NCBI GenBank assembly: GCA_004764695.1
Contig: SMSO01000025.1
Coordinates: forward strand, 620,001-684,000
Source: Schizochytrium sp. TIO01
Lineage: Eukaryota; Protista; Bigyra: Labyrinthulomycetes
Reading direction: 5' to 3'
Length of the DNA: 64,000 nucleotides
Shown here: piece by piece, positions 54,865-64,000 of the stretch
Position numbering within the stretch: the first letter of the stretch is position 1
Layout: each line of letters begins with the position of its first letter
Program-made: the position numbers and the translations under genes
The notes under the pieces: generated by a model
The model's input: the letters and a program-made list of their open reading frames with translations, nothing else
Database searches by the model: none
Told to the model about the DNA's origin: nothing

Positions 54865-57800
54865 GATGTTCTGTTGTGTCGTGGTGAAAGTTTGGAAAGA
54901 GAGTCACGGCGAGTCAGCTCAGCTCAGAAACGACATCATAGCAGGCGTGCACTGGGAGTGTGTGGAAACATCGGGCGCTCAAGGCATCCGAGGCCACGCG
55001 AGCTAGCAGGAACAGTCGATTAGATGCAGCCCAAAGCCTCACATCGCGGATTACACTGCCTGCCTCACCACCAAAGACTTTGAAGTTGTAGCAGAGCACT
55101 CATCGTAAGCAGGTGGCTGGCTTACTACTTAGAAGGAAGCCGCAACGAAAGAAGCGAAAGTCAGTTGAGCAAGCGAGTTGAAGAGGCAAGCTAGCTAACA
55201 GGCCGAGGGTATGTATGTGTCTATCATATTCTGCATTTTCCCTTAGTTTCGGCGTTGCCGCTGACTCACGAAGTGCGATATATTTCAGCGTCTGGCTGAT
55301 TGCAGACCATGCAGAGGTCGGCTTGCTCTGGAAAGGTAGAGATCTATCATCGGTTTGATTGCTTAGTTTGGATATAAGCAACGGATGATAGACATATATT
55401 CATACAACAAACAGTAGGTGCAGTTTTTAAAGAACTTCTACCAAAGCCGTTTTTATCACAGGTCTTCGCAGGGTCCTGGCGATTCTCAAGATCTTTAATG
55501 TCTCAGTATAATTTTAATCCGAACGGTTTTAGAGCAATCCATGGTTCCGAGACTCAACTGAGCAGGATTCGCTTCTTGCGTGCCATGGATGATACGTGAT
55601 GGTGGAACTCGGAGTGTTTGAGCATTTTATCGACGAAGCTAGCCCACTTGACGGAGTTCTGCAACTCGCCATTTAAAAGTTTGTCGTACGGCCTCAAGAT
55701 AGGTAGGTTACCTAGGATATAAGGTTACCCCTCAAAGTGTTGAATTCCTAGTCTCATGAGAATTTGCATATAAAATTAATGCACGCTGGCATCGAGCGAC
55801 CATTGCGCGATCCTTTTTCTCAGTCCCAGCTAGTTCTGCTTTCTCAAAGATGGATTGTAGCAGTACCTAGTTCAAACTATACCTACTACATGATAGTCAC
55901 AGAAAATATCAATGCACAAACTTGCTTACCTCTCCTATCTATCAGAAATGGTGCTGCTAAAGAACCACGAACCTCAAAGAGTATCGTTTACCTTTCCAAT
56001 CCGGGATCTAGATCTATGCATCAATCGTAGCGAGGATGGATGAATGTCTAACACTTAGAGCAAAGCGGTTTTAGTTATTTGAAGAATTCTACTAATGACC
56101 AATTAAGTACGACTCTGCCTCCTGTGGGATATCACAGACGCAATGCTTTAGAAAGCGGAGATAATTTCTTCACGCTTTACGAAAAGTGGCGAACTGACTC
56201 AGAACAATCGTTCTCCACTCAATACAGGAACAAGTCGATGTTGAATTTTGTCTTCTTGTAGTGTCATTGTGGCATTTTGATGTGGCTTTCGCGTCTTGAA
56301 GAAGATTACAAGCTCGCATGCAAGTCCAAGCTAAATTTCTGAATCACGATTTTAAAGTTGATGTTGCCGATGTATTTAAGTTTGTACTGCAGGTATTGCT
56401 ATGTCTTCAGATACGTTTATGCGATGATTGCTGGACCTGGAACATCGGTCTTTCACATCGTATCGAATGAAGACGCAGAAAATGGTACCCATAATGATCT
56501 TGTCAAGTTTTGTATTCTTAATCACGTCAAAAAGGTATTTCAATTTGCAATGCATCGCGAGCTATGGCTACTGCTCTAAATTTTACTTGTTGATATTTTG
56601 ACCCTAACCGACAGCAGCATCTGTACCTTATGCACGTATGTATTGGCAACGAGGGCTTTGGTTTATAACCCGCGTTTTCACTCAAGTATGAACCGTATTT
56701 CCAGTATATATTTATTATTATTATTTCATAATAGTGCCCACCAGTACTTAAACAGGTAGGTTCTATCATATTAGAACAAATCCAATCAAATAGTAAGATT
56801 TTAAAGTTTTATTAATAAAAATATTTTATAAAAAACAAAAGAGAAAATCTAACATAAAATTTCTAATCTTTAGGCTGATTATCCTTAATAGTACTACTAG
56901 TTACCCTTGGCACTCAATAATAATAGAAAAGTAAGGTTCTAGATAGGCAGTAGTAATCTTCCTGCTCTGTTGATGAAGGATTTCCTGAGAGAAGCTTCGC
57001 CATTCCCCAAGCGATGTTTTCACCTCTTGGGCCTATCCTCCAATGCTCGGTCAACTCAGCGCATAGAGCAGAGTATACTCACGAAAACGAGGGTGCAAGT
57101 CACTCAAGTCAGCGTTCTCTTCCTATATGGGTGGAAGAAGGTATTTGCCATGCCTATTCTTTGTACGCTCTGCATAACATGCAAGTGAGGCGGTCTAAGA
57201 TGTGTTTCAGCCATGGGAGTGAATAATTCATACCTACCTATCTCTGTACAAAATGAATTTCTTTTTTTATTAGTTTTAAACTCAGACTTCTTCTTACACC
57301 TTGAAGAAAGCGACTCCAAGTTCTTGAGCGGATAAGAAAGCTTTTGCTAATTTCAAAGTGCGGCACACTCAATTCTTGTTTTCATAATTTAGACATGGAC
57401 TGCTATCATGGTTGGCAATTGTGTGGACACATTGGGATGGCAACCAGAGTCTCATTCACCTTACATGCTCAGTATATCATCATGAATCTTTATTTTGAAG
57501 CTCGCTAGTGAAATTTGACAAATCAAGGTATCCAGATACTAATGCATTGCTCAAAGCCTACCTGAAATGAACATGTGTACGTTAATAAATATTATATCCA
57601 CTAATTCTTCATCATTTATTTTCGAGGTCCAATTCAAGTTCACGAACGCAGTAGATTGAGATCGCAAGTTAATTGGATAAAACTTATATCCCGAGCGCTC
57701 ATCTATTTTCATACCGGCCTAGGTCAAAAATACATACACGCTTCTACATCAAGTCGAATTCTGCTCAACAGGTTGCACCACTATTACCTACAAATAGTGG

Positions 57801-59350
57801 TTAGTTGTAAAGTCATCCTGAGGGGTGAGTGGGTGGGTCTCAATGCGCCTCTACGTTCCCCCTCAAGGGCGATACAAGTATCACCTTAGCGTAGTACTAT
57901 TCCCTACTAGCACTATAGTCACATTTGATCGTGCAATACTACCTGTATTGTATGCGCAATGCTCGCGCTATATGAATCACGAAACGACCATGGTCCGCTG
58001 CCTACCAAGCCGGCCTTTCGTGCTAAATCTTCAGCGCGGGCTCGCTTGCTTCAGCGCGTGCTTCTCGTCGCTCATGTCGCGATCATCACGATGATCCTCT
58101 TCTTCTTCATCATTTAGTTTGTTTCTCAGTTTCTCAGTTTCTTAGTCAGTTGATGTAGTTCGTTCTCCATCATCCCAATTTCATGATCTGTCAAACTCAA
58201 CGCCCAGCAGTAGGTAGGTAGGTTTAATCGGCTCAAGCTTGGACTCCGTGCTGCTTCATCTTACGCACGCCGAGAGCTGGTCGCCGACTTCTCTCTCTGA
58301 GGCTCCGGCTTCCTCCTCCGCCACACTCTGCAGACAGACAAGCGAGTCAGCCTCGCCACCATTCCCAGCTTCTTCAGAGTCCGTCTTGAGCAAATTCCCG
58401 CCACCAGCGTCAGCGCTCTCCTCAGCACATCCACGGCACCATTACTCAGCGAAGCACCGCATTGTCGGCATCGCCGCAAACATCGCCTCACTCTATAGAG
58501 ATGCCAGAAACGACACTTTTTGATTAGCGGTAGTAGTTCCATCCTAGTTGTTTCTTTTCTTTCTTGGTTTCCTCCTATCGATTATTAACTTTATAGTGTC
58601 TTTTGATATCTGTTTGTTTATTTGTTTGTTTGTTTGTTTGTTGCCAACTTCCATGGGTTATAACTAAATGGCTGCGTGAGTAAACACATTATGGATGGAG
58701 GAATGAATAAATGGTTGATTCATTTTTAAAGAATGTGAACGGAGGCATCAAGAGTCTGACAAGGATGATAGCGATCGACGGATTCTTGTTCTTCGTGTAC
58801 TTCTTGTGCTTCGGGTACTGCGACATATTGAGCAAATTCGAAGACTTAGTAAGTATCTCCAGGAAAGAGATTCTCTTAAGTTAAAAGTATTGCTCTCTTC
58901 TGATTTTATTCTTTTAAAGTTAATAAAATAAAATAAAATATTTATTATTCTTCGTAAATGAGATCTTTGCAGACTGTCAGAAAGATAGCTTGCCTTTGTT
59001 TCTTCAACGTCTTCCCCAGTAGGAACACGAAAAACAGCTTCTGCTCTTGCAAAGTGGCTCCCGGATTGACTCTTGTGAAGTAGCGCGAAGATTTTGCTGT
59101 CGAAGACACCTTTCTGAAAATTTAAGGAGTGGGGTAGATAATATCTATTATTTTTTTTTAATAAAAAGGTTTTATAAAACAAATCGTTTCATAGTAAATT
59201 AAAATAAGAACTTCAAAGTTAAAAACAACATTTTAAAAAATAAACATAAATAAAGCGAGATCTTAGAGAAATTAAATCAGAGGAATAAAAGAGAGAAGGT
59301 AGTTCTAGGCCTATTCTTGCTCCTCTTCAAAATTGGAAGTCCGTTAACAG

Positions 59351-59767
59351 AGACTCTGGCAAAGGTCTGCGGATGTAGAAGATGAAGAAAATTCTGTTCT
59401 ATACTCTGATTGAGATGCTTATACACACAAAAAAGATCAGCCATACCAACAAGTTAAAGGTCTTGAACATCTAAAACCCGAACAATTAATTTGGCTGCAG
59501 CAGCTTTCCAAAAATACTTTTTCAGATGGAATAACACACCACCCAAAGGTTTGAGCGAATTTGCTAGCTGCTATCGAAGTCCTATTTTTTAGGCTTGACC
59601 CGATGGTATCCTTCCCTGTCTTCTTCCAAAGATTGTCTAAAGCTGGTGCGACGGTGGAATTTATGTCTTTGGTTTGGCATAATCCTCAATTCGTAAAAAC
59701 TAAGCGTCATCAGGAGCCACGGCCAAATAGAGTTCTGATCAAGCCACGAATCATGACGCGTATTTAA
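59351..59767 (+). pseudogene. Possible decayed exon/pseudogene fragment
   Basis: After an acceptor-like TTAACAG, one frame reads 138 codons of protein-like sequence interrupted only by two in-frame TGA codons (59411, 59552). No family recognised. Confidence 0.3.
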
Positions 59768-61613
59768 AGCTTCATATTTGGTCTCTCCCACGCGACGATT
59801 ACCTTGTGCAAGAAAAAGCACCCTCTTCAGCCTTCTTGTACGCCTTTCTTTAAAGTTACTAGGTACTTCTGTAAAACATGCACGTTAAATAAATAAATTC
59901 TAAGCACATACCTACGCTCGTGCGTACGTAGGCACACACCTGGAGTGGGATTGGGGGGGATTGGTAGAATGCTGCTTTGTTATCCCTCCTCGCAGGAGAC
60001 CAACTGCATCAACTATTTTGAATTGAAGTAAGTTAAAAGTTTGGCTACAAATATTGTTTTACGATCTGAAACCATACATCTCCTTCTTTTATTCCTGTTT
60101 CTGCTGATAACTACACTTAGACTTGGCCTGGTCATATCGACAATGCTGATGACTGCCTTGATGGCATTAAATTGCATGCTTTGAAATGAGTCTAAAGAGT
60201 ATCCTTCTCTCGCTAAATATATAGCTTTTATGTATGTCAAACTATCATAATCTGTTCGGGTTACGCTTCATCTTTTTAAAGTACCAAGAACCTACCTACC
60301 GTATTGTAGCGATGATGGGGTTTACGTATTTCCTTTTGCCCACCACCATCGCGGAGCCTTGAACAAGACAAGGAGCAAGAACTGGAAATGCAATAGGTAG
60401 TATTAAATATTAATCCCATGCAGAGCACACATCCGAACCGGCTTACGCATCGTGCAAGAACTTTAACAGGGTGCCTACCATGGTAGGAAATAAAATTCTT
60501 CAGCCTACTAAGCAGTAGCTCCAGTTCCTGGTATTACAGTTCCCTGGTCAGATCTTGAGTTCCGAATCAACTCATCTTGAGGTTCACTTGGAGCATTCGT
60601 CATTTGGTTCGAGCTCGTTCTATGTTTGCCTGGCAACCTAGAACGTTTGGAACGCCACTTGTGTGATTGAATGACAAGAGGGCTGCCGTTATATCACTTC
60701 TTTATCACTGCTGTAGTCGCTTCATGAATCGCAATCAAACTTATGCAATCAGGGGAGGTACACGTGTACCTACCACCATTTAAGACCTTCGTTTGAGCGT
60801 TCGCGCTTACTTGGCATGTAGCGAACATGATTATCATACAGAGAAGCGCTTGTAGAAGCTGCAGCGTCGAAATCCTAACTTTTTTACCTTAGGTATTGTA
60901 CAGTATCTTTGCTCATTTCTTTTATTTCACTTTTTTTTATTGTTACTTGAAAAGGTCCTAGAGAGGAAAGAAAGTTTATCGCCGTATGACGATTTTTTGT
61001 TTGTTTATCTGTTTAAACTTTTCTAAAATAAAAGAAAAAGGCTTTATTCCACATGAGTCTTACGCGCAGTCCATCTAAGTGCTAGAAAATGCGCTCCAAG
61101 TTGGCAAAAACAAATAAGACATCAAAGAGGTCATCAGGACTAGGAAGATACATGTTTAATCGAAAGTCAGAAAGTTAAAAAGGAATCCCCTTTTATGTAT
61201 AAATTTTAACTTGAAAAAGAAGAAAAAAGAAAAAGACAAGTTCATAAAAGTTAGTCGGTAGGAGATCGCCAGGTTTTCAAGTTCACGAAAGGCAGCAGGC
61301 GCCAGGTCTCTCCGGTGCCAGCGTGGACCTGGGAGGGACTGCGAGGAGGCTGTCTATCTAGGCGCCTAGGCAGCAAGCAGGCTCAGCAGCAGTGAGGAGG
61401 TTTTGCCGGAGCCTTCCGGCAGCCGAGGAAAATGCTTCTTTCTCTCTCTCCTGGAATCTCTTCATTTTCCCTCTTCTCACTCGCTGATTCTACGCATTCG
61501 CTCACAGGCAGGGCGGGTGTAGGTACCTCTGTTAATATGAGAGAGAGGTCAAAGAATCCCTTCTTTCGGGGCTTTTTTCGTTTGTTCACATTTTGATGAT
61601 GATGACGTTATAA

Positions 61614-61742
61614 TAGGTAGGTAGGTAGGTAGGTAGGTAGGTACCTATCTATCTGTTTGTTTGTGCATCATTGCGTGTGTTCTCTTTCATAGAGCCTAAC
61701 AAACAAACAAACAAACAAACAAACAAACAAACAAACAAACAA
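61614..61742. repeat. (TAGG)7 and (AAAC)10 microsatellites
   Basis: Read directly at 61614-61641 and 61701-61740. Confidence 0.95.
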
Positions 61743-62852
61743 GCAAACTACTAACTGACTAAGAAAAGAAGGGTAGAGCCATGATAGTCGTAATCATTGC
61801 TCCACCTTTTGTGATGGTTTACTAATTTTAAAAACAAAAAGTGAGCAGGTATCATCACAGCAACGAAGATAATCCTTCTGAGCAGGCCCGTTTTCCTTTC
61901 TGCCAGGCTACCTTCAGACATGACGAGCCGAGGTGATAAGCAGGCCAGCTGGCAGCTGCAGGCCTCCACACTACACTCTCTCGACGGTGAGGTGGTTTGA
62001 GTTGGTCTTTATCTATCCAAAATTGCTGGTTTCCTTAGTCGATACTCTCCGTCACTGTCGGGGCCTCTGAACTGTGCCAGTGGGGATTCCTATTGTGCCC
62101 CCTGTCTCTCGGATAACTTCCGAGGTCTCTTCCAGGAGGCTTGCCTTCAAAGGAGGGGAATGGGGGTCCTGGTGGGAGTCCGCGCACCCCGCGGGCGCTC
62201 ACTTTGGTTTCACACGCAGTATGACGCATACAATGATAGGGCCCAAGCAGAGGCCGAATGCTTGCGCAATGCTCGACCCAGACACCTCTAGATACTACTG
62301 TTTCTCACTGCTATTGATTATTATTATTATTGTTATTACTATTATTAAAATAAATAATAAATAAATAAATAAATAAAATAATATAAAATAATTTAATGAG
62401 TTTTTAGATTAATTAATCTAAAAGAAGCGATTGGGGCTTCCGCTTGATCAGGTTACTATGGAATAGATTCAGAAATAAAGAAAGCTATAAGTCAAAATAT
62501 GGGGATGAAAACCCAGAAAACTCGACCGACCGTGATGATGACGGATAGTGACGCTTATATCCTCCTGCTCACGAGTATCTTTCCACACTGGCCGGTGCTG
62601 AGGAGGCGATTTCAATTATCGCGGGGTTATCGAAGAAGGTCGATCAGCGAAGGTTTCGTGAAAGTCTCTTTTTCTATTCATTCGTTGGTTCGTTCTGTGT
62701 GTGTGTTAATTTCTTCATTTGTTTGCTTGTTCGTTTATTTCTGTTTTCTATTGATCTGAGTCTTTAATCCAAAAATAAAAATAAAGAGGTGCGCGAATGG
62801 TGGTTAATAGTTCAGGAAACTGGTAGCTCGGAGGATTTTGTTTCTATTTATC

Positions 62853-62910
62853 TGTTTGTTTGTTTGTTTGTTTGTTTGTTTGTTTGTTTGTTTGTTTGTT
62901 TGTTTGTTTG
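62853..62910. repeat. (TGTT)~14 microsatellite
   Basis: Read directly. Confidence 0.95.
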
Positions 62911-63610
62911 AGCAAACCGGACACACCGAAGGGCGAAGCGAGACGGTCCTGTCACACGCACGACAGTAAGTGCGGCTAATCTAAAAGGAGTGCGGCGGCT
63001 CGCCCGCTCTCCTGCCTGCACCCGCCTGCTCGTGCCGCGCGCCTGCAAAGCCCTTGTGCACCGCGCTTTCATGAGTTTGTTCCTTTCACATTTCAGAACT
63101 CAACAACGATGGATTTGACGCACCAGACTAAAAGAAAAGAAACCAAAAACAAACGAAAAAACAAAACAAATACACATGAGCCAAGAAAAGACCAAAAGAA
63201 AAAAAAAAAAAACACCAAAGAGAATCTGCAGTAGTAAAATGCATAATTCTTCGCACCCTAACAGCGATGTCCTCCCCTCTCTCGCGCTCTGCCGCGCGAG
63301 GGCAATAAAGAACCTTGAGCAATAGTGCACACACGGTCAGACAGAAAGGCTGACCGGAAAGTGGCAAATCGCTTTGATCTAACCTGAGCTATAGCTCAAC
63401 TAAAAGGGGATAGATGCCATCTCTCATCTCTAACATTGAACTGTTCTTGTCCAATCGCGTGAACTAGCTACATCTATTTATTATTATTGTTATTACTATT
63501 ATTAATTTATAATAATAACTATCATCAGAAAGATAAGATAAGAAAAGAAAAAAGAAAACCAACACCTATGAATGAATCAATAAATAGTTCATGTGTGAAG
63601 TTAGAAGCAC

Positions 63611-63675
63611 GAATGAATGAATGAATGAGCGAGTGAGTGAGTGAATGAATGAATGAATATTCATTCATTCGTTCA
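63611..63675. repeat. (GAAT)n/(GAGT)n microsatellite joined to an inverted (ATTC)n
   Basis: Perfect 24-bp palindrome at 63647-63670. Confidence 0.9.
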
Positions 63676-64000
63676 TCGCGCTTTCTCAATCGCAGCCTCG
63701 GTACTTCGTTCACGACCTCGTGTGCGATCAAGGCTCGGGCGGAGCCCTTCTGCGAGCGAGCGAGCGTCCACTCTGGCTGCGACGACGCCGGGCTCGTCGG
63801 CACCTCTGTCTGCAGCACCTCTGTCTGTCAGTCTGCTCGACCATTACAATACACCACAGTAGATACTGCTAGAGGTGGCGCTGCCCGTGTCTGACTCAAA
63901 CAAATCGCAGACAACAGCAGATCACTCCAGCATCAGCATCGGCATCAGCATCGGCAGCACGAGAATCATAATCGAGAGCCTCGATCTCCTTGAGGCGCTT

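Noticed and set aside
54029-63894. Short ORFs (60-144 aa) across the right-hand region
   Set aside because: Many start at non-ATG codons, overlap microsatellites or AT-rich tracts, and show no recognisable domains.

Overview
This is eukaryotic nuclear DNA. The intron-poor long ORFs, a stramenopile mastigoneme-type EGF protein and abundant tetranucleotide microsatellites suggest a labyrinthulomycete/thraustochytrid-like stramenopile (inference only). Bases 1-31.3 kb are gene-dense. They hold a 1994-aa fusion of an XPG/Asteroid-type PIN-like nuclease with a DEAH-box helicase, a CFAP70-like TPR protein, a kinesin-9 (KIF6-like), a hotdog thioesterase and a coiled-coil+SPRY protein. They also hold a kinesin-3 whose 77-aa-periodic tail is broken by a single-base frameshift, a Pus3-type tRNA pseudouridine synthase, a Tma17-like protein and two hypotheticals. 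Bases 33.0-48.7 kb carry one two-exon gene of about 5157 aa, the most striking object in the window. It runs from a signal/anchor and mastigoneme-type EGF head through phage/giant-virus-like fibre modules and about 12 kb of near-identical beta-rich tandem repeats with higher-order structure. It ends in a C-terminus closely resembling the tip of the phage P22 tail needle gp26. Bases 48.7-64 kb have no credible long ORF, only microsatellites, TAGG/CCTA-type palindromes and possible decayed exons. Family assignments come from motif recognition by eye; no searches were run.
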